Shown here: positions 48,791-59,194 of the stretch, piece by piece
Numbering within the stretch: position 1 is the stretch's first letter
Layout of the letters: each line of letters begins with the position of its first letter
Assembly (NCBI GenBank): GCA_964559265.1
Contig: CAZLHC010000006.1
Location: 28,403 to 92,402 of the forward strand
Length of the DNA stretch: 64,000 nucleotides
Direction: 5' to 3'
Origin: an uncultured Paludibacter sp.
GTDB taxonomy: Bacteria > Bacteroidota > Bacteroidia > Bacteroidales > Paludibacteraceae
The notes under the pieces: model-generated
The model's input: only the letters and a program-made list of their open reading frames with translations
Databases searched by the model: none
Told to the model about the DNA's origin: nothing
Translations under genes and position numbers: made by a program

Positions 48791-49514
48791 AGTTAAGCCC
48801 TACAACGATCAGGAAAACAAAACCCGGCAACTCCGGACGATGTTCAATACCATATCGAGGGATTATGATTTTTTCAACAATCTTATGTCGTGGGGATTAG
48901 CTCATGTATGGAGACGTACTGCCATGAAATGGCTTAAGCCCTACGGATCTGATTCGTTACTCGACATCGCAACCGGTACTGCCGACATGCTGGTGTTAGC
49001 TGATAAAGTATTGCAACCTTCAAAAATGAAAGGAATTGATATTTCGGAGGGAATGATGAAGTTCGGACGAGAGAAATTAATCCAACATTCTCTGGATCAT
49101 AAATCAGAACTGATAGTAATGGATTGTGCCGAACTAAACTTTGAAAATGAAATGTTCGACACTGTCACCATTGCGTTTGGAATTCGAAATCTTGAAAAGT
49201 TATCTCAATCGTTGCATCAAATCAACAGGGTGTTGAAGCCCAACGGACGTTTTCTTATTGTAGAGATGAACGAACCACAAAAAGGGATATTGGCGTTGTT
49301 GTACAAATTATACATTAAATTGTATGTTCAAATGACAACACGTTTGCTTTCCAACGATAAAGAAGCGTATGGCTATTTAACTAAATCGATGCACTACTTT
49401 CCACAAGGAAAAGCTCTTATTGAAATTCTGACAGCCTCTAATTTCAGGCTGTTAAAATACAAGAGCTTTACCTTTGGAGTTAGCAGTGCCTATTTACTTC
49501 AAAAAACGGACTAA
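48762..49514 (+). CDS. menG: Demethylmenaquinone methyltransferase (UbiE/MenG)
   Basis: MFNTISRDYD, LLDIATGTAD, TIAFGIRN. Confidence 0.9.
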   Translation: MENREVINDRVKPYNDQENKTRQLRTMFNTISRDYDFFNNLMSWGLAHVWRRTAMKWLKPYGSDSLLDIATGTADMLVLADKVLQPSKMKGIDISEGMMKFGREKLIQHSLDHKSELIVMDCAELNFENEMFDTVTIAFGIRNLEKLSQSLHQINRVLKPNGRFLIVEMNEPQKGILALLYKLYIKLYVQMTTRLLSNDKEAYGYLTKSMHYFPQGKALIEILTASNFRLLKYKSFTFGVSSAYLLQKTD

Positions 49515-50059
49515 ACATCGATTGACTGAATTTCAACAAGTAGTTCATCTTTCATAACCGACTGTCCTTTGTTGACTCGGATTTTACGAATTACACCATT
49601 ACAGTCGGCCGTAATTTCGTTTTGCATTTTCATTGCCTCCAGGGCCAGAACCGGCTCACCTACGTTTACTAAGTCGCCCTCACTGAGAAATAAATCAACA
49701 ATTTTACCCGGCATAGGTGCTTTAATGTTGTTATCGATAACCTTATCGGCTCCCCCGGAAATCATTCCCCGGCGAACATAGGAGAAAATGGATTCCAGAC
49801 TGAATTTATACTCAACACCATTTACCTTTATAATAGCTTTATTCTGGTCGCGAGATACTAATTCACACTGAAATTTTTTACCTTTCCATTCAAAATCATA
49901 ATGTAAATCCCCTTGTTCTACAAAATCAATAGCAAGCTCATTACCATTGATTACCGGATTGCTATCCCCCGGCAGGTATATTTTGTAGCGTTTCCCGTTT
50001 TCACGTACAGCAATAAACAAACGCGAAGCATCCCGCTTATATTTATATGAAGTTCCCAT
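49511..50059 (-). CDS. Biotin carboxyl carrier protein with N-terminal extension
   Basis: IKAPMPG, LEAMKMQ biotinylation motif. Confidence 0.92.
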   Translation of the reverse strand: MGTSYKYKRDASRLFIAVRENGKRYKIYLPGDSNPVINGNELAIDFVEQGDLHYDFEWKGKKFQCELVSRDQNKAIIKVNGVEYKFSLESIFSYVRRGMISGGADKVIDNNIKAPMPGKIVDLFLSEGDLVNVGEPVLALEAMKMQNEITADCNGVIRKIRVNKGQSVMKDELLVEIQSIDV

Positions 50060-50063
50060 TTTG

Positions 50064-51560
50064 TTAGTAATTTAATCGTTTATTTAATACCCACACATTT
50101 AACGAATCATTGTCGTAGGCTGGAATATCACCCTGCAACTGAAGATATTCGGAAGCATACATAATGGTAGCTGCTAACGCACCAATCATTTCATCGTCTT
50201 CATTTTCAAGCATTTCGGGCACATATACCTGATCAACCCAACGAGTGGTATAACTGGCATCCACAAAATCGGGATGTTGCAGTACTACTTTGCAAAAAGG
50301 AACAGTAGATTTTAAACCAATGAGACTAAACTCGTTGAGAGCTGTTAACGTTTTATTTATTACATCATTACGGGAACTACCGTGTACAATAATTTTAGCA
50401 ATCATCGAATCAAAATAGGGAGTTACAACCGAACCACTTACAACACCTGTTTCAATACGGATAGAAGGATCCTGAGGAAAATAAATCACATCGATGTAAC
50501 CGGTTTGTGGACTAAACCGATTCTGAGGATCTTCGGTATTGACCCGGCATTCAATGGCCCAACCGTTAATTTTCACCTCTTCCTGACGAATGGTTAATTT
50601 CTCGCCCAGTGCAACTTTTATTTGCCAGTCGACAAGATCAATACCGGTAATCATTTCAGTAACCGGATGTTCAACCTGAATACGGGTATTCATTTCCATG
50701 AAGTAGTAGGAGCCATCCTCATCCATTATGTATTCGATGGTACCAGCCGAATAGTATCCGATTTTCTTTGCGAATTTCACTGCAAGATCCCCCATTTCCT
50801 CACGCAAGGTATCGCTTACTGAAGCTGAAGGAGCTTCTTCCACAATTTTTTGGTGTTTGCGCTGTAACGAACATTCACGTTCTCCAAGATGAATTACGTT
50901 GCCGTGCTTATCTCCTAAAATCTGAAATTCCAGATGCTTGGGGTTCTGAAGGTATTTTTCGACAAAAATATCACCATTACCAAATGCAGCCAACGCTTCA
51001 TCGTATGCCGATTTAAAATGTCGTTCGAGTGTTTCTTGTTTATCAACGATACGCATTCCACGACCGCCACCACCGGCCGATGCCTTTAGAATTACCGGAT
51101 AACCAATAGTATCGGCATATTCGCGAGCAGCCTGAGCATCTTTTACCGGACCGTTGGACCCGGGCACCAGCGGCAATCCTGCTTCGATAGCCATACTTTT
51201 TGCAACGGTTTTTAATCCCATATCGCGAATTAACTCCGGCGACGGTCCTATAAAATTAATACCTTTAGAAATGCAAAGTGCCGCAAAATCGGGATTTTCC
51301 GACAAAAATCCATAACCGGGATGGAGCAATTCGATTTCGTGTTGAATGGCTAATTCTACAATTTTTACAGGATTCAGAAATATCGGCTTCTCGTCGTTTG
51401 CATCTTCGGCACTAATAATTTCGTCAGCAAACTGAAGATAAAGCGCATCCGGTTCACGGTCGCTTTGGAATACAACCGCTATAAGCCCCGATTTGTGCGC
51501 CGCGCGAATTATTCGGATGGCTATTTCTCCCCGGTTCGAAATTAATATTTTATTCTTCAT
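50064..51560 (-). CDS. Biotin carboxylase subunit of an acyl-CoA carboxylase
   Basis: ISNRGEIAIR, HPGYGFLSEN, GGGGRGMR, EMNTRIQVEH. Confidence 0.95.
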   Translation of the reverse strand: MKNKILISNRGEIAIRIIRAAHKSGLIAVVFQSDREPDALYLQFADEIISAEDANDEKPIFLNPVKIVELAIQHEIELLHPGYGFLSENPDFAALCISKGINFIGPSPELIRDMGLKTVAKSMAIEAGLPLVPGSNGPVKDAQAAREYADTIGYPVILKASAGGGGRGMRIVDKQETLERHFKSAYDEALAAFGNGDIFVEKYLQNPKHLEFQILGDKHGNVIHLGERECSLQRKHQKIVEEAPSASVSDTLREEMGDLAVKFAKKIGYYSAGTIEYIMDEDGSYYFMEMNTRIQVEHPVTEMITGIDLVDWQIKVALGEKLTIRQEEVKINGWAIECRVNTEDPQNRFSPQTGYIDVIYFPQDPSIRIETGVVSGSVVTPYFDSMIAKIIVHGSSRNDVINKTLTALNEFSLIGLKSTVPFCKVVLQHPDFVDASYTTRWVDQVYVPEMLENEDDEMIGALAATIMYASEYLQLQGDIPAYDNDSLNVWVLNKRLNY

Positions 51561-51667
51561 ACGATAGTATTTTATTTATCATCGGTTGTGTGTAACCTGC
51601 ATGTAACTCATTAAAACATTCAGCTACATGTTTAATTAATACTTTTTAAAAAATTCACTACTAAGCC

Positions 51668-53203
51668 TTACAGTGGAATACTTCCATGTTTGCGTTCCGG
51701 CTTGCTGTATTGTTTATTGGACAGTACTTCAAAAGCTGTAATCAAAATCTCACGCGTCCGCGACGGTTCAATTACTTCATCAATCAATCCAATTTCTTCG
51801 GCTCGGTATGGATTAGCAATCTCATTTTTGTATTTTTCGGTGAGCAAGCGTTCCATCTCGGCCCTGTCTTCAGCTTGTGCCAGTTCTTTTTTGTTCACAA
51901 TTTTTATGGCGCCAGCTGGTCCCATCACCGCAATTTCGGCTGTTGGCCATGCAAAATTAAAATCACCCCCCGTATTTTTACTACTCATTACAATATAAGC
52001 TCCCCCATACGCTTTGCGGGTAATTACTGTAATTTTAGGAACAGTAGCTTCACAGAAAGCATAAAGTAATTTGGCTCCGTTACGTATTATACCGTTGTGT
52101 TCCTGTTCGATGCCGGGTAAGAATCCAGGCACATCTTCTAAAATGAGTAGCGGAATATTAAACGCATCGCAAAACCTTACGAATCGGGCACCTTTTACAC
52201 TGGCATTTATGTCGAGCGTACCCGCCATCACCTTGGGCTGATTCGCTACAATTCCGATCGTTTTACCATTCAAACGGGCAAAACCAACAAGGATATTCTG
52301 AGCAAAACCTTCGTGAACTTCAAAAAAAGTATCCTTATCGACCAGAATTTTAATAATATCCTTCATATCGTATGGTCGATTCGGATCGTCGGGAATTATC
52401 TTATTAAGGAATTTCTGACGCGATTCGTAGGACTTTACTAAATGTGATACAGGTAATGATTCGAAATTATTGGAGGGTATGTACGATAATAATTTACGTA
52501 CCAACAATAAGGTATGTTCTTCGTCATCGGAAAGAAAATGAGCTACTCCGCTTTTGTTGGCGTGTACATCTCCTCCACCCAAACCATCCATATCAATATC
52601 TTCATTTAAAACTTCTTTCACCACATCCGGTCCGGTTACAAACATATAGGATGTTTTTTTGGTCATAAAGATAAAGTCGGTCAACGCCGGCGAGTATACA
52701 GCTCCTCCGGCAGCCGGACCCAGTATTACCGATATCTGTGGCACAATCCCCGATGAGCGAACGTTGTTTTTAAAAATCCGGGCGTAAGCAGCAAGGCTTT
52801 TAACTCCTTCCTGTATGCGGGCTCCTCCCGAATCCATCAATCCAACTATTGGTGCACCTAATTTTAAAGCCATCTCCTGTACTTTAGCAATCTTAGTCCC
52901 GTGAGAAAATCCCAGTGATCCCCCCAGCACCGTAAAATCCTGTGCATAAGCAAATACACTTCGTCCCTGTACCAATCCCCGGCCAACTACAACTCCGTCG
53001 CCAAAATTAACCTGGCGGCTGCTTAAGGGCGATTGACTGGGCGAAACAAATGCATCCAGTTCGAAAAAAGTTCCTTCATCAAATAATACATGGAGCCGCT
53101 CCCGTGCGGTGAGCTTTCCTTTGAGGTGCTGCTTGTTGACTGCATTATCCTCCATCTCCTGCAACGCCTTCAGACGCTTCTCAAAGATATCGTTTTTGTT
53201 CAT
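51668..53203 (-). CDS. pccB: Acyl-CoA carboxylase carboxyltransferase (PCC beta/MmdA type)
   Basis: TARER, DSGGARIQEG, DVPGFLPG, RKAYGGAY, RKHGSIPL. Confidence 0.9.
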   Translation of the reverse strand: MNKNDIFEKRLKALQEMEDNAVNKQHLKGKLTARERLHVLFDEGTFFELDAFVSPSQSPLSSRQVNFGDGVVVGRGLVQGRSVFAYAQDFTVLGGSLGFSHGTKIAKVQEMALKLGAPIVGLMDSGGARIQEGVKSLAAYARIFKNNVRSSGIVPQISVILGPAAGGAVYSPALTDFIFMTKKTSYMFVTGPDVVKEVLNEDIDMDGLGGGDVHANKSGVAHFLSDDEEHTLLLVRKLLSYIPSNNFESLPVSHLVKSYESRQKFLNKIIPDDPNRPYDMKDIIKILVDKDTFFEVHEGFAQNILVGFARLNGKTIGIVANQPKVMAGTLDINASVKGARFVRFCDAFNIPLLILEDVPGFLPGIEQEHNGIIRNGAKLLYAFCEATVPKITVITRKAYGGAYIVMSSKNTGGDFNFAWPTAEIAVMGPAGAIKIVNKKELAQAEDRAEMERLLTEKYKNEIANPYRAEEIGLIDEVIEPSRTREILITAFEVLSNKQYSKPERKHGSIPL

Positions 53204-53289
53204 GTTTGTACAATCTTTTTTTTAAAGTTGTATTCTTTGTTTCTTTAGTTGAAAGAAAAATCGCACAAAATTAGTCATTTTGTGCAGAA

Positions 53290-53967
53290 TTATGCAACAA
53301 TCCAAATTAAAATTACTACAAATACTAAAGACGGCAACATGTTCATTATTCTTATCCGTTTCATCTCCAGTATGTTAATTGCTAATCCTAATAATAATAT
53401 ACCTCCTGTATTTGTTAAACCTTTTATAATATCAGGTGTAAAAAACTGGCTTGCATACATCGAAAGCAAGGTGATGGAGCCTTGAAACAATAAAAGAGGA
53501 ACAGCCGAAAATACGACTCCTGATCCCAGCGCCGATGCCAGCAACATGGCCGAAAAGAAATCCATCAACGATTTGGTAAGTAGCAAATCCGACGATTCGC
53601 CGGTTCCTTCCTGAATGGCACCCACAATAGTCATCGAACCTACACAAAACAGTAAGAAAGCTGTTACCAGTCCTTCAGAGAATCGTTCGTTTCCAAGTTT
53701 TAATTTCCTGCGCAAAAGTTCACTTAGTTTATCGGTTCGCTTCTCCAACTGTAACCATTCACCACTCAACGCTCCAAGTGCCAGACTTCCTACAACAATT
53801 AAAATATGATTTAGTTCCCACACCATCGAAATTCCAATGGCCAGAGTAAATAATCCTATTGCCTGAAAGTAAATTGTAGTATATCGTTCAGGAAGGTTCT
53901 TCTTGAGTATCAAACCCAGGCTTCCCCCAACTACTACTGCTGCCGTATTTACAAGAGTTCCTATCAT
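53290..53967 (-). CDS. DUF554 family membrane protein
   Basis: GTLVNTAAV, LLFCVGSMTIVG, KSLMDF. Confidence 0.9.
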   Translation of the reverse strand: MIGTLVNTAAVVVGGSLGLILKKNLPERYTTIYFQAIGLFTLAIGISMVWELNHILIVVGSLALGALSGEWLQLEKRTDKLSELLRRKLKLGNERFSEGLVTAFLLFCVGSMTIVGAIQEGTGESSDLLLTKSLMDFFSAMLLASALGSGVVFSAVPLLLFQGSITLLSMYASQFFTPDIIKGLTNTGGILLLGLAINILEMKRIRIMNMLPSLVFVVILIWIVA

Positions 53968-54079
53968 TCGTATTGCGTAAAAAAATTGACTGCTAAGATA
54001 GAGATTTTAATTTTAAAATGATTTGCAGACGTAAAAATTCATTATATTTGCAAGAAAATTCAATTGTTGCTGTTGAGGG

Positions 54080-56950
54080 ATGAAACATTTTTTACAACGG
54101 GTTGCCGATACCTATTTCCGATACCATTCACACGAAATTAACCGTTTTACGTTTGTATTCCCAAATCGTAGAGCAGGTATTTTCTTTCAACAGTATTTAG
54201 CCGATGTGGCTGCACGCCCTTTCTTTTCTCCATCCATTATTACCATTGAACAGTGGTTCGAACAAGCTTCCGGTTTTGTAAGTGCCGATAAACTCTATCT
54301 TCTGTTCCGATTATACGAACTGTATCGAAAAATATCGGGTTCAGACGAAACTTTTGATACCTTTTCGTTTTGGGGCGAAATTATCCTGAACGACTTCAAC
54401 GAAGTGGATAAGTATAAAGTCGACGCTCAACAATTATTTCAGAATATTTCTGATTTGAAGAGTATTGATGAAAAGTTTACGTATCTCTCGATCGAACAGA
54501 TAGAAGCAATACGCTCATTTTGGAAAAATTTCGATCCGCTTACCGACAAACAGAGCCAACAAAACTTCTTAGAAACCTGGAAAATTCTTCATCAATTATA
54601 TCAGGATTTTCGGAAATTGCTCGCCGAAGAGTCGGTGGCATACGAAGGAATGATGATGAGGGAGGTTGTTGATCGATTGAATGAAAAAAATTCATCAAAA
54701 TGGATCGACGATAAGCAATTTGTATTTATAGGTTTTAATGCACTTAATCCCTGCGAAAAAGGAATCATGTCGATACTTCAAAAACGTAGTCAAGCCGATT
54801 TTTACTGGGATTATGATGCTGATACTGTTAGGGACCCTGATAATCCTGCATCCCGTTTTTTCAGAGAAAATACGCTGGTATTCCCTTCGCGATATCAAAT
54901 CAGCCGCGAAACCAGAGAGTTGGTAGAGAAAAAAATTCAATTGATTAATGTCCCGTCGGGAGTTGGACAGGCAAAAGAAGTACATGCAATTCTTCAACAC
55001 TTGTATCCTCAAACTGTCAAAGAAGAATCGTTTTTACAAACTGCCGTAGTCTTACCCGATGAGCAGTTATTGATGCCGGTTCTTTATTCTGTACCCGATC
55101 ATATCCGGAAGATTAACGTTACTATGGGATATCCTTTGAATCTTACTCCCGTAGCTGGTTTAATGGATCACATTTTTGAATTGCACCGTAAAAAGAGGTA
55201 TCGTGGAGTGAATCCACAATTCTATCATCAAAATGTAACTAATATTCTAAATCATCAATTTATTGCCGAAATTGAACCTGTAAAATCAAAAGAGCTGCTT
55301 CACAGAATCACTTCCGAAAATTTAATCTATGTTGATCAACAGGTGCTGGCTGAGGGCGAATTACTTAGCCTGCTGTTTAAAGCGGAAGTTGAAACCGGAA
55401 ATTTTTTATTCTATCTGAAAGAGTTGCTTTTTTCGCTGTATAAAAGCTGGAAACAAACCAAAAAAGAAGCAGCAAATTCGTTGGAAGCTGGCTTTTTGTT
55501 CCAATATTTCAGTGCGGTGAATCGATTGCAGCAATTGTTAGTCTCCAATAGCATTGATCCAGAGCTCACTCTCGACACGCTGATGAGAATTATTAAAGAA
55601 TTAACTTCCACTATCTCAGTACCATTTGTTGGCGAACCCCTGGATGGACTTCAAATAATGGGTGTGCTGGAAACCAGAGGACTTGATTTTAAAAATATTA
55701 TTTTATGTTCTTTCAATGAAGGCATATATCCCAGGAAAAGCTTTTCAAACAGCTTCATCCCATATCAGCTTAGGCGTGGATTTGAATTGCCCACTTACGA
55801 ACAGCTGGATGCAGTTACTGCTTACAATTTTTACCGATTGATTCATCACGCTGAGAACATCTATTTTATAACAGATTCGCGCACCGAGGGAGGCAGCACC
55901 GGTGAAGTAAGTCGGTTTTTCTATCAGTTGAAGTATTACTATCAGCTCGACATGCACGAGTATTCACCGGTTGTGAATGTTTCGTTTGAAACGCCTCAAT
56001 CAATTTCTATCTTTAAAAACGAACGTCTTCAACAGATGCTCAACGAATACTGTTCAGGCACCCGGGCATTTTCGGCAAGTGGAATTAACACCTACATACG
56101 TTGTCCACTGGCTTTTTATTTATCGGTACTCGAACAAGTAGATAAGCCGGATGAAATTACTGAGACTGTCGAAAACGATACTTTTGGAAATATTTTTCAC
56201 TATGTGATGGCCGAAATATATGCACCCTTCACGGGTCGCATGGTCGATGCATCAGTAATAAAACAGATGCTGGAGGATAGTTCATCTATCGATCGGTTAT
56301 TATCTCAGGCTTTTGGGTATTATTTCTTCAAGAAACCCAAAGGAACTGCTGTTGAACTGGAAGGAAATAATTTACTGATTGCCACAGTGATACGAAAATA
56401 TGTGATAGGTGTTTTACAACAGGACATGAAATATGCCCCCTTTACCTATATAGGAGGTGAGAAAGCGGTAAAGTCGAAACTTCCAACCCGATTTGGTGAA
56501 GTTAATTTAAAAGGATTTATCGATCGGATTGATGCCAGGGAGTCAGTCGTTCGTATATTGGACTATAAAACAGGTAGTGGAGGACTCGACTTTCCCAACT
56601 GGGATTCGATGTTCGATCGTACACTTCCCCCCAACAATCGGCCTAAACATATTCTTCAAACCTTGCTTTATGGGTATCTTTACAAGGCTGAATCCTATCA
56701 TAATGTAATCATGCCTGGCTTATTTTACACGAGAAAGGTATTTAATGAACATTTTACAACCGAATTAAGTTATAAAAATGAGCAAAATGAAAGTATCGTC
56801 CTCGCCAATTATTACGATGTCGAAGATGAATTTATACCCCTCCTGACCCACTGTGTTGAAGAGTTGCTGGATACGGAAATTCCGTTTTTTCAAACAGAGA
56901 TTAAAGAGGCCTGTACCTACTGCGACTTCAAAACCATATGCAAAAGGTAG
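54080..56950 (+). CDS. AddB-like PD-(D/E)XK nuclease family protein
   Basis: FVFPNRRAG, QIMGVLETRGLD, SASGINTYIRCP, KGFIDRID, DYKTG, CTYCDFKTIC Fe-S cysteines. Confidence 0.85.
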   Translation: MKHFLQRVADTYFRYHSHEINRFTFVFPNRRAGIFFQQYLADVAARPFFSPSIITIEQWFEQASGFVSADKLYLLFRLYELYRKISGSDETFDTFSFWGEIILNDFNEVDKYKVDAQQLFQNISDLKSIDEKFTYLSIEQIEAIRSFWKNFDPLTDKQSQQNFLETWKILHQLYQDFRKLLAEESVAYEGMMMREVVDRLNEKNSSKWIDDKQFVFIGFNALNPCEKGIMSILQKRSQADFYWDYDADTVRDPDNPASRFFRENTLVFPSRYQISRETRELVEKKIQLINVPSGVGQAKEVHAILQHLYPQTVKEESFLQTAVVLPDEQLLMPVLYSVPDHIRKINVTMGYPLNLTPVAGLMDHIFELHRKKRYRGVNPQFYHQNVTNILNHQFIAEIEPVKSKELLHRITSENLIYVDQQVLAEGELLSLLFKAEVETGNFLFYLKELLFSLYKSWKQTKKEAANSLEAGFLFQYFSAVNRLQQLLVSNSIDPELTLDTLMRIIKELTSTISVPFVGEPLDGLQIMGVLETRGLDFKNIILCSFNEGIYPRKSFSNSFIPYQLRRGFELPTYEQLDAVTAYNFYRLIHHAENIYFITDSRTEGGSTGEVSRFFYQLKYYYQLDMHEYSPVVNVSFETPQSISIFKNERLQQMLNEYCSGTRAFSASGINTYIRCPLAFYLSVLEQVDKPDEITETVENDTFGNIFHYVMAEIYAPFTGRMVDASVIKQMLEDSSSIDRLLSQAFGYYFFKKPKGTAVELEGNNLLIATVIRKYVIGVLQQDMKYAPFTYIGGEKAVKSKLPTRFGEVNLKGFIDRIDARESVVRILDYKTGSGGLDFPNWDSMFDRTLPPNNRPKHILQTLLYGYLYKAESYHNVIMPGLFYTRKVFNEHFTTELSYKNEQNESIVLANYYDVEDEFIPLLTHCVEELLDTEIPFFQTEIKEACTYCDFKTICKR

Positions 56951-57123
56951 TAAAATCGGCGGATTTTTACCCCCTATTTGTTTTTTTCACCCCGGATGAT
57001 CTGTTTTAAACCCTAAATGCTGAAAAGTTTCCCCGATTTATAAGCAGATTAACTAAAATTCGATTACTTTGCGTTAACTTTAATAATAAATAAAAAACCG
57101 TCATAAAAAGACGTTCAATTATC

Positions 57124-57348
57124 ATGGCAAAATTTAAAGGAGCTATAGTCGTAAATACGGAAAGGTGTAAAGGCTGCGACCTGTGTGTGGTTGCCTGTCC
57201 GACCGAAACCCTGGCATTGTCGAACGATGCCAACAGTAAGGGTTACAACTTTTCGTTCATGGATAAGGAAGAGAATTGTACGGGATGTGCCGCTTGTGCG
57301 CATGTGTGTCCCGATGCGTGTATAACTGTTTACCGAATAAAAATATGA
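57124..57348 (+). CDS. 2x[4Fe-4S] ferredoxin (delta subunit of a 2-oxoacid:ferredoxin oxidoreductase)
   Basis: CKGCDLCVVAC and CTGCAACAHVCP. Confidence 0.95.
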   Translation: MAKFKGAIVVNTERCKGCDLCVVACPTETLALSNDANSKGYNFSFMDKEENCTGCAACAHVCPDACITVYRIKI

Positions 57349-58433
57349 CAAAACCTACCGAAGAAGTAACCCTCATGAAGGGAAATGAAGCAGTAGCTCA
57401 TGCTGCTGTGCGTTGTGGATGCGATGGCTATTTCGGATACCCCATAACTCCGCAATCGGAGATTTTGGAAACTCTGATGGAAATTGAACCGTGGAAAACC
57501 ACCGGTATGGTTGTGTTGCAAGCCGAAAGTGAAGTTGCTTCCATTAATATGGTTTATGGTGGAGCCGGATGTGGAAAAAAAGTAATGACAACTTCATCCA
57601 GTCCGGGAGTTAGTTTGATGCAGGAGGGCGTATCGTATATGGCCGGTGCCGAATTACCCGGCGTAATTGTCAATGTAATGCGTGGAGGTCCGGGATTAGG
57701 CACCATTCAACCTAGTCAGGCCGACTATTTTCAGGCTGTAAAAGGCGGAGGACATGGCGACTATCGTATGCCGGTACTGGCACCAGCTTCGGTACAGGAA
57801 ATGGCTGATTTTACAGTACTTGCTTTTGATTTAGCATTTAAATACCTGACTCCATCCATGATTTTAGCCGATGGTATTATCGGCCAGATGATGGAAAAGG
57901 TAGTATTGCCGCCTTTTCAACCCCGCAGAACGGAGGATGAAATTCGGGAACAATGTCCCTGGGCTACTTTAGGAAAAACACCCGATCGGGATCCGAATTA
58001 TATTTCGTCGCTTGAACTTCGCTCCGAGGAGATGGAAAAGATCAATCTCCGACTACAGGCACGGTACCGTGAAATTGAAAAAAATGAGGTCCGGTATGAG
58101 GAAACGCAATGCGAAGATGCTGATTTTGTGTTTGTCGCTTTTGGAACAATGGCAAGGGTTTGCCAGAAAGCGGTAGAATTGGCACGGGCCGAAGGAATAA
58201 AAGCAGGATTATTACGACCGATTACCCTGTTCCCCTATCCATCACAGCGGGTTAATGAACTGGCCCAACGGGTAAAAGGATTTTTGACGGTTGAAATGAG
58301 CGCGGGCCAGATGGTAGAAGATGTTCGCCTCGCTGTATCCGGCAAAGTTCCGGTTGAATTTTATGGTCGTATGGGTGGAATTGTTCCCTCACCGGGCGAA
58401 GTGTTGAATGCATTAAAATCAAAATTCGTATGA
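57345..58433 (+). CDS. vorB: 3-methyl-2-oxobutanoate dehydrogenase-type (Vor) alpha-like subunit
   Basis: FGYPITPQSE, QAESE, TSSSPG; start MTKP at 57345 overlapping the ferredoxin stop (ATGA). Confidence 0.88.
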   Translation: MTKPTEEVTLMKGNEAVAHAAVRCGCDGYFGYPITPQSEILETLMEIEPWKTTGMVVLQAESEVASINMVYGGAGCGKKVMTTSSSPGVSLMQEGVSYMAGAELPGVIVNVMRGGPGLGTIQPSQADYFQAVKGGGHGDYRMPVLAPASVQEMADFTVLAFDLAFKYLTPSMILADGIIGQMMEKVVLPPFQPRRTEDEIREQCPWATLGKTPDRDPNYISSLELRSEEMEKINLRLQARYREIEKNEVRYEETQCEDADFVFVAFGTMARVCQKAVELARAEGIKAGLLRPITLFPYPSQRVNELAQRVKGFLTVEMSAGQMVEDVRLAVSGKVPVEFYGRMGGIVPSPGEVLNALKSKFV

Positions 58434-59191
58434 GTATCAAAGATATTATAAATCCGGCCAACCTGGTATACGAAAAAACCACGGTGATGAACGACACTCC
58501 CATGCACTATTGTCCGGGTTGTAGTCATGGAGTTGTACATAAAATTTTAGGTGAGATTATACAGGAAATGGGAATACAGGAAAAAACCATAGGCGTAGCG
58601 CCGGTAGGTTGTGCTGTGTTTGCCTACAAATACCTCGATATCGATTGGCAACAGGCAGCCCATGGCCGTGCTCCGGCAGTAGCCACTGCTGTTAAACGGT
58701 TACTTCCCGACCGATATGTATTCACTTATCAGGGCGATGGAGACCTTGCAGCTATTGGAACTGCCGAAACCATTCATGCCTGTAGTCGGGGCGAAAACAT
58801 TGCCATCATCTATATTAACAATGGAATTTATGGAATGACGGGAGGGCAAATGGCGCCCACAACCTTGCCGGGTATGAAGTCGACAACTTCACCCAATGGT
58901 CGCGACCAACAATTAGGAGGACATGCACTCGACATGTCTAAGCTACTGATGCAACTGGATGGGGTGTGCTACGTTACGCGCCAAAGTGTACATACGGTGG
59001 GGGCTGTACGTAAAACCAAAAAAGCAATTCGTAAAGCATTGGAAAATTCAATGTTAAACAAAGGTACTTCAATAGTCGAAGTTGTATCGACCTGTAATTC
59101 GGGCTGGAGAATGTCGCCGGCTGATTCTAATACCTGGATGGAAGAAAATATGTTCCCGGTGTATGGTTTGGGCGATTTAAAAGATATTTAA
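58430..59191 (+). CDS. 2-oxoacid:ferredoxin oxidoreductase TPP-binding beta subunit
   Basis: YCPGCSHG, HGRAPA, QGDGDLAAIG...NNGIYGMTGGQ. Confidence 0.92.
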   Translation: MSIKDIINPANLVYEKTTVMNDTPMHYCPGCSHGVVHKILGEIIQEMGIQEKTIGVAPVGCAVFAYKYLDIDWQQAAHGRAPAVATAVKRLLPDRYVFTYQGDGDLAAIGTAETIHACSRGENIAIIYINNGIYGMTGGQMAPTTLPGMKSTTSPNGRDQQLGGHALDMSKLLMQLDGVCYVTRQSVHTVGAVRKTKKAIRKALENSMLNKGTSIVEVVSTCNSGWRMSPADSNTWMEENMFPVYGLGDLKDI

Positions 59192-59194
59192 ATT

